From Methylorubrum extorquens (GTDB lineage: Bacteria; Pseudomonadota; Alphaproteobacteria; Rhizobiales; Beijerinckiaceae): a stretch of DNA of 32,000 bases. Below, in pieces: positions 16,520-25,504 of the stretch. Within the stretch, counting starts at the first letter, position 1. Each line of letters starts with the position of its first letter. Both the position numbers and the translations under genes were made by a program. The notes under the pieces were generated by a model, which was not told the origin of the DNA, made no database searches, and saw only the letters and a list, made by a program, of their open reading frames with translations. Where the stretch lies: the NCBI GenBank assembly GCA_900234795.1, contig LT962688.1:810001-842000 (forward strand). The letters run 5' to 3'.

Positions 16520-18670
16520 GTGGAACCGATGACCCTTGCGGTGAGCGTGATGGGCCTGAGCATCGCCGCCGCGATGCTGGCGCTGATCCTGGTGTCGCTC
16601 CGCCGCCGCGAGCCCGTCGTGCCGGAATCCGACATGACAGAGGCGCTCCAGGACCGGCTCTGGCAGATCGCCGAGAGCGAGGAGCGCTACCGGGTGCTGG
16701 TCGAGGCCACGACCGAGGCCGTGGTTCAACGGGACGGGCAGGGACGGATCACCTTCGCCAGCGCGGGGTTTGCCGCGCTGCTCGGCATGAAGCCGCTGGA
16801 GCTGATCGGCTCGACGCTGAGCCCGCAGGTGATCGAGCGCGGCGCGAGCGAGCAGCGCGCCGACGGCGTGCGGGTAGTCGAGGAGCGTCTGGTGCCGGTG
16901 GACGGGCTGCCGCGCTGGTTCTCCTTCATCGAGATGCCGGTCTCCGGCAGCGTTGACGGTCCGAACTGGCTGCGGGCCGGCCAGGACGTCACCGCGCGCG
17001 TCGAGGCGGCGCGTGTCCTCGACGAGGCGAAGAGCCGGGCGGAGGCCGCCAACGTCGCCAAATCCCGATTCCTCGCCACCGTCAGCCACGAGCTGCGCAC
17101 GCCGTTGAACGGTATTCTCGGCATGGCCGACCTGCTGCTCGACACCCGGCTCGACCCCGAACAGCGCACCTATGTCGAGGCGTTCCGCACCAGCGGCAAG
17201 GCACTGCTCGGCCTCGTGGACGGCATCCTCGATTTCTCCCGGATCGAGGCCGGCCGCCTCGATCTGGCCGCCGAACCCTTCGACGTCGCCGCCCTGGTCG
17301 AGGGCGTGGTCGAGCTGCTGGCGCCGCGCGCGCAGGACAAGGGCCTGGAAATCGCCCTCGACATCGCCGACGACCTTGCCGCCCTGCGCGTGGGCGATGC
17401 CGACCGGGTGCGGCAGATCCTCGTGAATCTGGCCGGCAACGCCATCAAGTTCACGCAAGCCGGCGGCGTCGGCGTCAGTCTCGCCCGGTCGGGGGAAGGG
17501 CAGGGGGAAGGGCTCGTCCTCACGGTCGAGGATACCGGGCCGGGCATTCCGGAGGAGCGCATCCCGATCCTGTTCGAGGAGTTCGAGCAGGGCGACGACA
17601 GCGCGAGCCACGAGGGCACCGGCCTCGGTCTGGCCATCACCCGCCGCCTCGTGGAGCGCATGAACGGCACGATCGAGGCGCGCTCGACGGTGGGGCGCGG
17701 CTCGACCTTCCGGGTCGTGCTGCCGCTGCCGGCGGCGGAGGGTGCGATGAGCCCCGAGACACCGAGCCTCGCGCCGCGAAAGGTGCTGATCGTGGCGGCC
17801 TCGCCGTATCAGGCGCCGTTCCTGGCCCGGCGGCTCAGCCGCTCCGGGGCGGCGGCGGTGGTCGTGAACAGCGCGGAGGCCGCCCTCGATGCGCTGTCGG
17901 GCGTGGCCTTCGATGCGCTCATCGCCGACCGTAGCCTCGGCGACGCCGCCGTGCGGCGGCTCGCGGCCGAGGCCGCCCGCTGCGGCGTGCGCTGCAGCCT
18001 GATCCTGCTCTCGCCCTTCGACCGGCGGGAATTCGGAGCCCCGAACGCGGCGGGCTTCGACAGCTACCTGATCAAGCCGGTGCGCGCCCGCTCGCTGTTC
18101 GACCGCCTGCTGGAGCCGCGGCCCGCCCCGGCCCGCAGCCCGGCCGACGCGACGGCCAAGACTGGCACGAGCCAACCCGGCCCGCGCCAGCCCGCTCCGG
18201 TCAAGACTACACCGGGCAAGACTGGATCAATCCAGACCGCCGCGCGGGGGCCGCAGGGTGCTGCTGGCAGAGGACAACCCGATCAACGCGCTGCTCGCCA
18301 CCAAGGCGCTGGAGCGGCTCGGCGCACAGGTGATCCACGCCCGCGACGGGCTCGAGGCTCTGGCGGCGGCGGAAGGGCAGGGGCCGTTCGACCTCGCGCT
18401 GATCGACATCCGCATGCCCGGCCTCGACGGCCTGGAGACCGCCCGCCGCATCCGCGCCCGCGAGGCCGAGACCGGCGCGAGCCCGCTCCACCTCGTGGCG
18501 CTCACCGCCAATACCGGCCGCGAGGATGTCGACGCGGCCTCCGCGGCCGGGTTCGACGGCTTCCTGCCCAAGCCGCTGAACCTGCGCGCCCTGCCGGCTC
18601 TGCTGGACCGCCGCCAAGAGGAGGCAGCTTGACAGGAGGCCGCTTGAGCGGCGGTCTGCGGGCCGCTTGA
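16520..18670 (+). CDS. Hybrid sensor histidine kinase (TM, PAS, HisKA, HATPase_c, degenerate receiver). The frame as given continues to 18670, but roughly the last 140 codons look like an out-of-frame read through the receiver domain.
   Basis: H-box is SRFLATVSHELRTPLNGILGMADLL. Also present are NLAGNAIKFT, DTGPGI and GTGLGLAITRRL. A receiver-like block follows (KVLIVAASPYQ...DALIADRS...YLIKPV) that lacks the acidic pair. From about 18250 the frame becomes Arg/Pro/Gly-rich nonsense. Confidence 0.75.
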   Translation: MEPMTLAVSVMGLSIAAAMLALILVSLRRREPVVPESDMTEALQDRLWQIAESEERYRVLVEATTEAVVQRDGQGRITFASAGFAALLGMKPLELIGSTLSPQVIERGASEQRADGVRVVEERLVPVDGLPRWFSFIEMPVSGSVDGPNWLRAGQDVTARVEAARVLDEAKSRAEAANVAKSRFLATVSHELRTPLNGILGMADLLLDTRLDPEQRTYVEAFRTSGKALLGLVDGILDFSRIEAGRLDLAAEPFDVAALVEGVVELLAPRAQDKGLEIALDIADDLAALRVGDADRVRQILVNLAGNAIKFTQAGGVGVSLARSGEGQGEGLVLTVEDTGPGIPEERIPILFEEFEQGDDSASHEGTGLGLAITRRLVERMNGTIEARSTVGRGSTFRVVLPLPAAEGAMSPETPSLAPRKVLIVAASPYQAPFLARRLSRSGAAAVVVNSAEAALDALSGVAFDALIADRSLGDAAVRRLAAEAARCGVRCSLILLSPFDRREFGAPNAAGFDSYLIKPVRARSLFDRLLEPRPAPARSPADATAKTGTSQPGPRQPAPVKTTPGKTGSIQTAARGPQGAAGRGQPDQRAARHQGAGAARRTGDPRPRRARGSGGGGRAGAVRPRADRHPHARPRRPGDRPPHPRPRGRDRREPAPPRGAHRQYRPRGCRRGLRGRVRRLPAQAAEPARPAGSAGPPPRGGSLTGGRLSGGLRAA
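18258..18632 (+). CDS. Response-regulator receiver domain. It is either a stand-alone 124-aa protein or the frameshifted C-terminus of the preceding hybrid kinase.
   Basis: (R)VLLAEDNPINALLATKALERLGAQV...FDLALIDIRMPGLDGLETARRIR...LVALTAN...GFDGFLPKPL contains all canonical receiver residues. It lies entirely inside the 16520..18670 ORF but in a different frame. The start codon is GTG. Confidence 0.7.
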   Translation: MLLAEDNPINALLATKALERLGAQVIHARDGLEALAAAEGQGPFDLALIDIRMPGLDGLETARRIRAREAETGASPLHLVALTANTGREDVDAASAAGFDGFLPKPLNLRALPALLDRRQEEAA

Positions 18671-18812
18671 GGGGGAAAGTCGGCGCCGGCCCTCGCGGCA
18701 GCTCTCTCGCGCTGGTGCGAATTCTGCCTCATGCTCCCGAGGCCAAGGATGGGGAGCGCATGACCCGAGCGCGACGAGATTTCCGCAAGCCATCACCGGG
18801 GAGGGCCCGGCG

Positions 18813-19016
18813 ATGAAGCAGCTTCGATGGCTCGCGGCTTTGCCCGCCCTCGGGATGCTGGCCGGGCCGTTCTTCCTCAACCGGGTCGAGCCCATGGTGC
18901 TCGGCATGCCGCTGCTGCTGGCATGGCTCGTCGGCTGCACCGTGGCGACCTCGGCGATCATGGGGCTGATCTACCTCACCGATCCCGCCAACCGGGAACC
19001 GGAGGAGGGGCCATGA
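18813..19016 (+). CDS. Small membrane protein, DUF3311-like, partner of the sodium:solute symporter.
   Basis: 67 aa with two hydrophobic segments. GGGGAGGG lies upstream of the ATG. The stop overlaps the transporter start (ATGA at 19013-19016). The DUF assignment is from memory of the conserved small-protein/SSS pairing. Confidence 0.65.
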   Translation: MKQLRWLAALPALGMLAGPFFLNRVEPMVLGMPLLLAWLVGCTVATSAIMGLIYLTDPANREPEEGP

Positions 19017-20473
19017 ACGCCGCCCTTGCGATCATCGCGCTCGCCGTCGTGGTGGCGCTCGGCCTCGGGCTGCGAGCGCGGTCAGGTCACGACATGGATA
19101 TGGAGCAGTGGAGCGTGGGCAAGCGCGGCTTCGGCACGCTGCTCGTCTTCCTGCTGATGGCAGGCGAGATCTACACCACCTTCACCTTCCTCGGCGGCTC
19201 GGGCTGGGCCTACGGCAAGGGCGGGCCGACCTACTACATCCTCTGCTACCTGACGCTGATCTACGTCATCTCCTACTGGATCCTGCCGCCGGCCTGGCGC
19301 TTCGCCAAGGAGCGCAACCTGTTCTCGCAGCCCGATTATTTCGCGGCGCGCTACGACAGCCGCAGCCTCGGTATCCTGGTGGCGCTGGTCGGGATCGTGG
19401 CGCTCGTCCCCTACATGGTGCTCCAGCTCAAGGGGCTCGGCATCATCGTCGCCACCGCCTCCTACGGCGCGATCTCGCAGACCCTGGCGATCTGGATCGG
19501 CGCGGCGGTGCTGACCGTCTACGTGATGGTCTCCGGCGTGCGCGGCTCGGCCTGGACCGCCGTGCTCAAGGATTTCATGATCCTGTTCGTGGTGATCTTT
19601 TTGGGGATCTACCTGCCGTATCACTACTACGGCGGCATCGGCCCGATGTTCGAGGCCATCGACACGGCCAAGCCCGGCTTCCTGGCGCTGCCGGACCGGG
19701 GCCAGAGCGCGACGTGGTTCGCCTCGACCACGCTGCTCACGGCGCTCGGCGGCTGGATGTTCCCGCACATCTTCGCCTCGATCTACACCGCGAGCGATGC
19801 ACGCACGTTCCGGCGCAACGCGGTGTTCCTGCCGCTCTACCAGCTCATGCTGCTGTTCGTGTTCTTCGCCGGGTTCGCGGCCGTGCTGCAGGTGCCGGGG
19901 CTGACCGGGCCGGACGTCGATCTCTCGCTGTTCAGGATCGCGCTCGAGACCTTCCCACCCTGGTTCGTCGGCGTCATCGGCGCCACCGGCGTGCTGACCG
20001 CCCTGGTGCCGGGCTCGATGATCCTGATCGCGGGTTCGACGCTCATCGCGCAGAACCTCTACCGGCCGCTGGCGCGCAACGCGACCGACGCCACCACGGG
20101 TAAGCTCGCCAAGGGGATCGCGCCGCTGCTGGCGATCGCCTGCGTCGGCTTCACCCTCTACGGCGGTGAGACCATCGTGCAGCTCCTGCTGATCGGCTAC
20201 GCGGTCGTCACGCAGCTCTTCCCGGCCTTCTTCTTCAGCCTGTGGACCCACAACCCGCTCACGCGGGCGGGGGCGATGGCCGGCATCCTGGCGGGAGTGG
20301 CCGCGGTGGCGGTGACCGTGCTCGGCGGCTACACGCTGGCCAAGCTCTTCCCCGGCCTGCCGGGGCCGGTGCAGGATCTCAACATCGGCGTGGTGGCACT
20401 CGCCCTCAACCTCGCCGTGGCCTTCGCCGTCAGCCTTGCGGGCAAGCGCACGCGGCAGACGGCGCTCTCCTGA
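19013..20473 (+). CDS. Sodium:solute symporter (SSS) family transporter.
   Basis: 486 aa and polytopic, beginning MNAALAIIALAVVVALGLGL..., with GEIYTTFTFLGGSGWAYG and many TM segments. It is in the same frame as track ORF 18827..20473, but the start at 19013 is coupled to the upstream gene. Confidence 0.9.
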   Translation: MNAALAIIALAVVVALGLGLRARSGHDMDMEQWSVGKRGFGTLLVFLLMAGEIYTTFTFLGGSGWAYGKGGPTYYILCYLTLIYVISYWILPPAWRFAKERNLFSQPDYFAARYDSRSLGILVALVGIVALVPYMVLQLKGLGIIVATASYGAISQTLAIWIGAAVLTVYVMVSGVRGSAWTAVLKDFMILFVVIFLGIYLPYHYYGGIGPMFEAIDTAKPGFLALPDRGQSATWFASTTLLTALGGWMFPHIFASIYTASDARTFRRNAVFLPLYQLMLLFVFFAGFAAVLQVPGLTGPDVDLSLFRIALETFPPWFVGVIGATGVLTALVPGSMILIAGSTLIAQNLYRPLARNATDATTGKLAKGIAPLLAIACVGFTLYGGETIVQLLLIGYAVVTQLFPAFFFSLWTHNPLTRAGAMAGILAGVAAVAVTVLGGYTLAKLFPGLPGPVQDLNIGVVALALNLAVAFAVSLAGKRTRQTALS

Positions 20474-20500
20474 GACCCGGAAGACGGGGAGGCCGGGCGG

Positions 20501-21385
20501 TCAGCGCCCGGCCGGCTCCGCCTCGCCCGCCTGCGCCTCCGTCGGAGCAGGCACGGACCCGTCCTCCCGCACATCCTCGAAGGCCGCGCCGGTCCAGACC
20601 CGCACGGTGACGGTGGCTCGCCCGTCCTCGATGACGATGCGGTTGTAGGCGTTGGGCTCATTGCCGCGCAGCCGCGTCGAGGTGGCCGAGCCCGCCTGCA
20701 CGGCGAGCAGCCGCGCACCGCCCGCCCGCGCCATGCCCCGATCCACGCTCACCAAGTCGGGTTCGGTGCCGGTCTCGGGCGCCTCGGCGAAGCGGGAATA
20801 GTGGCGGTGGAGATGGCCGGCGAGCGTCAGCCCGACATTGTGACGGCGGAAGGCGTCGAGCGCCCCGTCGGCGCGCCCCACGAGGCGAGCCTCCGCGTCC
20901 CAGGGCGGCGGCATGAACGGATGGTGGCCGACCACGATCCGGAAGACGTGATCCGGCAGCGCCGCCAGCCGCTCCTCGGTGCGGGCGATCTGCGCCCGGG
21001 TAATCTTCCCTTGAGACCAATCCGTCTCCGGCGCCCAGGTCCGCACCGTGTTGAGGCAGACCACCGCGATCTCGTCGTCGAGGAAGGTAGGTTCGGTGTC
21101 CTTCGCGATGAAGCGGCGGTAGCGACCGAACGGATGGAAGAAGCGGGTCAGGAGCTTGAAATAGGCGATGTCGTGGTTGCCCGGGACCGCGATCCAGGGC
21201 GCGGTCAGCCGGTCGAGGAAGGCGCGCGCCGCGACGTATTCCTTGCGCCGCGCCCGCATGGTGAAGTCGCCGGATGCCACGATCAGGTCCGGCGGATCGC
21301 GGTTCAGCTCGGCCACGAGCGCCTCGACCACCGCCGGATCGGTGCGTCCGAAATGCAAGTCGGAAATGTGGGCGACCCGTCTCAC
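20501..21385 (-). CDS. Metallophosphoesterase (calcineurin-like phosphoesterase) family protein.
   Basis: All MPE motifs are present: ISDLHFG, SGDFT, GNHD, VGHHP and AGHLH. The GTG start overlaps the upstream stop (GTGA at 21382-21385). Confidence 0.85.
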   Translation of the reverse strand: MRRVAHISDLHFGRTDPAVVEALVAELNRDPPDLIVASGDFTMRARRKEYVAARAFLDRLTAPWIAVPGNHDIAYFKLLTRFFHPFGRYRRFIAKDTEPTFLDDEIAVVCLNTVRTWAPETDWSQGKITRAQIARTEERLAALPDHVFRIVVGHHPFMPPPWDAEARLVGRADGALDAFRRHNVGLTLAGHLHRHYSRFAEAPETGTEPDLVSVDRGMARAGGARLLAVQAGSATSTRLRGNEPNAYNRIVIEDGRATVTVRVWTGAAFEDVREDGSVPAPTEAQAGEAEPAGR

Positions 21386-22281
21386 CGGACCGGCTCCGGC
21401 ACGATCACGGTGAGGGCACGGGGCATCAGGCGGTAGCGCAAGGGCGGGGCGATCAAGCGAACCTCTCCATCATTCATCACCCGTAACGCGCGCCTCCGGG
21501 CGGAGACGACGAAGCGGGCCGCGGCACGGCGCTCCAGGCCCGGCTCATCGCGCCAGCGACCGAGCCCGAACCCGAGCGCCAGCCGAGCGAGGCGCCACGG
21601 CGAAAGCCGGCGGGCGATGTAAAGCGTCAACTCACCGCCATCGACCTGGCTCCGTTCCAGAATCTTTCCCGGCCCCTCCGCGTAATCATTGTTGACCACG
21701 GCGAGCAGGCGCACGCGCAGCCGTGTCCGCCGCCCGCCGGCCGAGAGCACCGCCGAGAGGCGCGGATAGGGCCCGAGATGGCGCAGCACCGCTGCCGAGA
21801 GCCGTAGCAGCGCCGGGATACCGAGACGCCGCCCGCGAAAGGCCTCGCGGTGGCGGACCATGCGGGCGGGCATGCCGAGCACCGAGTTGATGAGGAAGAC
21901 GTGTTCGTTGACCCGGCCGACATCGACGGCGCGGGTCTGCCCCGCCGCGAGCACCGCGATGGCCCCGTCGAGGTCGAGCGGAATGCCGAGATCCTTGGCC
22001 AGCAGGTTCATGGTGCCGAGGGGCAGGATGCCGAGCGCCACGCCGCTGCCCGCCAGCATTCCAGCCGCGCAGTTGAGCGTGCCGTCCCCGCCCGCCACCG
22101 CCACGGCCGTGACGCCCTCGATGCGCAGGGCCGCCCGCAGGCGCTCGGGCAGGGGCAGGCTGTCGTCCGGCTCAGGGAGAAGGTCGAGGCCCGCCGTCCT
22201 CAGCCGCGCGCGAATCGCATCCGGCGTCAGGCCATCGGCGAAGGCGCCCGACGCGGCGTTGGCGACGAGGACGATCCGCAT
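21382..22281 (-). CDS. Diacylglycerol-kinase-like lipid kinase (YegS/BmrU/LCB5 family catalytic domain).
   Basis: Starts at ATG 22281 with MRIVLVANAASG. Carries the signature VAVAGGDGTLNCAAG and then GILPLGTMNLLAKDLGIP. The track ORF extends upstream to 22518 in Arg/Ser/Cys-rich sequence that is unlikely to be coding. Confidence 0.85.
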   Translation of the reverse strand: MRIVLVANAASGAFADGLTPDAIRARLRTAGLDLLPEPDDSLPLPERLRAALRIEGVTAVAVAGGDGTLNCAAGMLAGSGVALGILPLGTMNLLAKDLGIPLDLDGAIAVLAAGQTRAVDVGRVNEHVFLINSVLGMPARMVRHREAFRGRRLGIPALLRLSAAVLRHLGPYPRLSAVLSAGGRRTRLRVRLLAVVNNDYAEGPGKILERSQVDGGELTLYIARRLSPWRLARLALGFGLGRWRDEPGLERRAAARFVVSARRRALRVMNDGEVRLIAPPLRYRLMPRALTVIVPEPVR

Positions 22282-22357
22282 GTCTCCCGGCGTTCCCCCG
22301 CATCCCGACGGCGCGGGGATGACAGGCTCGGGCGTCGGGCGTGTGACGAAAGCGGGA

Positions 22358-22873
22358 TCAGCCCGGCGGTGGGCGGCGCTGCACGAAGCGCGCCTGGAAC
22401 CAGTCCCGCAGCACCTCGCGCTCGTAGAAGAAGGTCTGCCCGGACGAGAGGCGGTTGGCGCGCAGCAGGAAGTTGATGTCGCTGACGACTTCCTCCGCCG
22501 CCAGCACCGTGCGGCCACGCTCCTTCAGGGCGTAGCGCAGGCGGAAGCGGGGCGGGGTGATGTCGGTCACCACCCGCACGCCCTGGGCCGCGCCGAAGCT
22601 CGGCTGATCGAGCCCGGCAAGGTCGATGTCGAGCACCGCGATGTCGAGGGTCTGGCCCGGCGCCAGAACTTGATTGCCGAGCGTCTCGAACAGGCGGCGC
22701 ATCTCGGCCAGCACGACCCGCGGCGACAGGCCCGAACCGAAGCGGTTCTGGGCATCGGTGTAGCGCTCGGGTGCCACGAAGGTCACCCGCACCTGCGCCG
22801 CCGCGGGCGAGACGGCGAGGGGCATGGACAGCGCGGCGGCCAGCACCGCGAGCAGGCCCAGCGCCGCCCTCAT
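22358..22873 (-). CDS. Secreted protein of unknown function, DUF3016-like.
   Basis: Signal peptide is MRAALGLLAVLAAALSMPLAVSPAAAQV. It is followed by VTFVAPERYTDA...LDIAVLDIDLAG...FRLRYAL, which matches my memory of the DUF3016 pattern. This was not verified by a search. Confidence 0.65.
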   Translation of the reverse strand: MRAALGLLAVLAAALSMPLAVSPAAAQVRVTFVAPERYTDAQNRFGSGLSPRVVLAEMRRLFETLGNQVLAPGQTLDIAVLDIDLAGLDQPSFGAAQGVRVVTDITPPRFRLRYALKERGRTVLAAEEVVSDINFLLRANRLSSGQTFFYEREVLRDWFQARFVQRRPPPG

Positions 22874-23085
22874 TGCTGCGAGCGCTTGAGGATCGTTTGC
22901 AGAGCGCGGGCGACCGGCTCGGTGATGGTGCGCCGGTACTTGCGGTGCACGAGCTGGCCGTTGTGGTAGATATCCTGCTCGACGTAGAGCCGCTCACCAT
23001 CCCAACGGACGATGTTGTCGGATTCCGCCGTCTCCTCGACGCCCAGATCCTGGCGGAGGATCGGTGCGCCGGATGTCGTTTGCAT
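22870..23085 (-). CDS. Hypothetical 71-aa protein, translationally coupled to the DUF3016-like gene.
   Basis: ATG start with GAGG upstream and mostly G/C at third codon positions. The stop overlaps the next start (ATGA at 22870-22873). I recognise no family. Confidence 0.5.
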   Translation of the reverse strand: MQTTSGAPILRQDLGVEETAESDNIVRWDGERLYVEQDIYHNGQLVHRKYRRTITEPVARALQTILKRSQQ

Positions 23086-23289
23086 GGAGCCGCCTCGGCC
23101 TTTTTTCGGGATCGTCTGCCCTGTTTAGGGCCTCGGCGCGCGCTGTGCCAGGGTTGGATGCAGGGTCCGGTGGTCGGAAAAGCGATCCGCCGGTTTCTTC
23201 AAAGCGCACTTGTCGCTTGGTTGTCTCTCGGTCGGCGGTTTTTTCACGAACCGCATGCGCCCTTCGGCGGCGACCTCACGGCAACCCGG

Positions 23290-23841
23290 TCACCGCACCG
23301 AGACCTGATCCTTGATGCGCTGGTAGGTGGCGCGGTTGAGGACGCGTTTGCTGAGAAGCTGATCGACGGAGGCGTAGGGACGATGCTGGACGATCGTCCG
23401 GCCGATGGCCCCGCCGCCCTTCAGGCCGTTCAGCTCAGCCAGAGAGGCGGTGTTGAGGTCGATCAAGGAGACCGCGGCCGGGGGGGCGTTCTCCTCCGCC
23501 TCGGCAACCGGGTCCGTCTCGGGCGCCGCCGTCCGCGCGACGGGGGCGGGTGACGGCGCGGGATCGGCCGCCGGCGATGCGGGTAGGGCTGGAGGCGGTG
23601 CCTCCGCGACCGGTCGGGGCGGCTCCGTTGACGGCTCGGCCGGCTTCACCACGCGCACCGGTGCGGGCGGAGGCAGCGCGGATCCCGCGCCCGACGGCCG
23701 GCCGGGCGTCACCGTCGCGGCAGCCGGCGCTGCGGCCTCCGATTCCGGGCCGTGCAGCCAGACCGACTGGATGATCCAGGCCAAGCCCGCCGCCGCCAGG
23801 ATCAGGAGGAGAACCCTCAGGATCGCCGACCCGCTCAGCAT
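23290..23841 (-). CDS. comEA: ComEA-family helix-hairpin-helix DNA-binding protein with an N-terminal membrane anchor and a Pro/Ala-rich linker.
   Basis: N-terminal TM segment is ILRVLLLILAAAGLAWII. The C-terminus is IDLNTASLAELNGLKGGGAIGRTIVQHRPYASVDQLLSKRVLNRATYQRIKDQVSV, a typical ComEA HhH module. Confidence 0.8.
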   Translation of the reverse strand: MLSGSAILRVLLLILAAAGLAWIIQSVWLHGPESEAAAPAAATVTPGRPSGAGSALPPPAPVRVVKPAEPSTEPPRPVAEAPPPALPASPAADPAPSPAPVARTAAPETDPVAEAEENAPPAAVSLIDLNTASLAELNGLKGGGAIGRTIVQHRPYASVDQLLSKRVLNRATYQRIKDQVSVR

Positions 23842-23960
23842 GGGCGCCGCCCGCCCGTAACGTGGGCGCGGGAGGCAGTCGGGGTCTCGTGCTCGGCTCC
23901 GGACATTGGTGGGATCCTAACGTGCTGGCACGGCGCGAACATATGACAAATTCGAGAGAT

Positions 23961-24064
23961 GAGAGCGCTTTCCGACGCAATGGACCCCGGTTCGGCGAAA
24001 GAAAGCGCGTCAAAGCAAAGATCGAGAGAGGCCGGACTGATGCAATGGGGTCAGATACGGCTCT
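23961..24064 (+). repeat. Dispersed intergenic repeat, copy C.
   Basis: Sequence is gagagcgctttccgacgcaatggaccccggttcggcgaaagaaagcgcgtcaaagcaaagatcgagagaggccggactgatgcaatggggtcagatacggctct. It aligns with copies A (reverse complement) and B. Confidence 0.8.
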
Positions 24065-24292
24065 GAGGCACGCCGCCCTGCAGCAGACCAAGCCGGCCCG
24101 CCACGACAGTCCGGCGCAAGCGAACCCGTGCAACAGGGGACCTCGAGAGGCGAACCTGCGCGACTACGCTCGCTCACGTTGTGGCAACACGGCATCAGCC
24201 GGCGTTTGAGCGCAACACGCGTGTGCGGGAACGCAATACGGCCAAGCTCGTTTCGTGTAAGCTTGCCCTGTTCCATCGGGCTTGTTCGGGTC

Positions 24293-25492
24293 ATGTCGAT
24301 GCCAAAAGGTTTCCGCTGGTCGCGCCTTCTCCTTGCCGCGGCGGTTGCCGGGCAGGCGGCGGCCTGCTCTTCCTTGCCGCGGACGAACTACACGGAGAGC
24401 GAGGCGGAAGCCGCGACCGTGCCGGGGATGGTCGGCGTGCGGGCCTATGCCGATGCCGGCGCCGCCGATTTCGTGGCGATGGCCGCCGGCCCGCAGAAGA
24501 AGCGCCAAGCCTTCACCTATCTCGCGCTCTCGGGCGGCGGGGGTGACGGTGCCTACGGCGCGGGCGTGCTCAACGGCTGGACCGCCTCGGGCAAGCGGCC
24601 GGAATTCACCATCGTCTCCGGCGTCTCGACCGGTGCCCTGATCGCGCCCTTCGCCTTCCTCGGGCCCGCCTACGATCCCTACCTCACCGATATCTACACC
24701 AGCGGCATCGCCGACTCGCTGGTGCAGAGCCCGAGCATCGCCAACGTGCTGTTCGGCTCCGGCCTGTTCGGCGACGGGCGGCTGCGCAACCTGATCGCCC
24801 GCTACGTCACGCCCGAGCTGCTGCAGGCCGTCGCGGAGGAGCACGCCAAGGGCCGCCGCCTGCTCGTGGTGACGACGAATCTCGACACGCAGCGCGCCGT
24901 GATCTGGAACATGGGCGCCATCGCCGCGAGCGGCGCGCCCAACGCGGTGTCCTTGTTCACCGACGTGCTCACCGCCTCGGCGAGCATCCCGGCGGTGTTC
25001 CCGCCCCAGCTTCTCGACGTGCAGGCGGAGGGCCGCGCCTTCCAGGAAATGCACGTGGACGGCTCGGTGGTGACGCCGGTCTTCACCCTCCCGCAATCCT
25101 TCCTGGTGCGCGACGGGCGCTTCCGCAGCGCGGGCAAGGCTGACATCTACGTGGTCATCAACGGCCGCCTCGAACCGGAATTCGAGGTGACCAAGAACAA
25201 CACCCTGTCGATCGTCGAGAAGTCCTTCACCACCGCGAGCCGCGCCCGCTCACGGGCGACGCTGGTGGCCACCGACGTGTTCGCCCGTCGCAACGGGATG
25301 GGCTTCAACCTGACCTATATCGACGAGCGCGCGCCGCAGACCACGACGGCGCGCGGCTTCGACACCGCCTACATGCGCAGCCTCTACCAGTTCGGCTACG
25401 AGGCCGGGCGTACGGGTCAGTTCTGGCAGCCGAGCGTGCCGGCGGCCCCGCTGGTCAAGAACGTGGTGCGGGAGGCGGTGGCGGCGCGCTGA
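24293..25492 (+). CDS. Patatin-like phospholipase, probable lipoprotein.
   Basis: Starts at ATG 24293 with MSMPKGFRWSRLLLAAAVAGQAAAC (lipobox-like AAAC). Has the oxyanion motif LALSGGGGDGAYGAG, the nucleophile elbow GVSTGA and a catalytic DGS (HVDGSV). Confidence 0.85.
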   Translation: MSMPKGFRWSRLLLAAAVAGQAAACSSLPRTNYTESEAEAATVPGMVGVRAYADAGAADFVAMAAGPQKKRQAFTYLALSGGGGDGAYGAGVLNGWTASGKRPEFTIVSGVSTGALIAPFAFLGPAYDPYLTDIYTSGIADSLVQSPSIANVLFGSGLFGDGRLRNLIARYVTPELLQAVAEEHAKGRRLLVVTTNLDTQRAVIWNMGAIAASGAPNAVSLFTDVLTASASIPAVFPPQLLDVQAEGRAFQEMHVDGSVVTPVFTLPQSFLVRDGRFRSAGKADIYVVINGRLEPEFEVTKNNTLSIVEKSFTTASRARSRATLVATDVFARRNGMGFNLTYIDERAPQTTTARGFDTAYMRSLYQFGYEAGRTGQFWQPSVPAAPLVKNVVREAVAAR

Positions 25493-25504
25493 ACGCCGCC
25501 AGCG

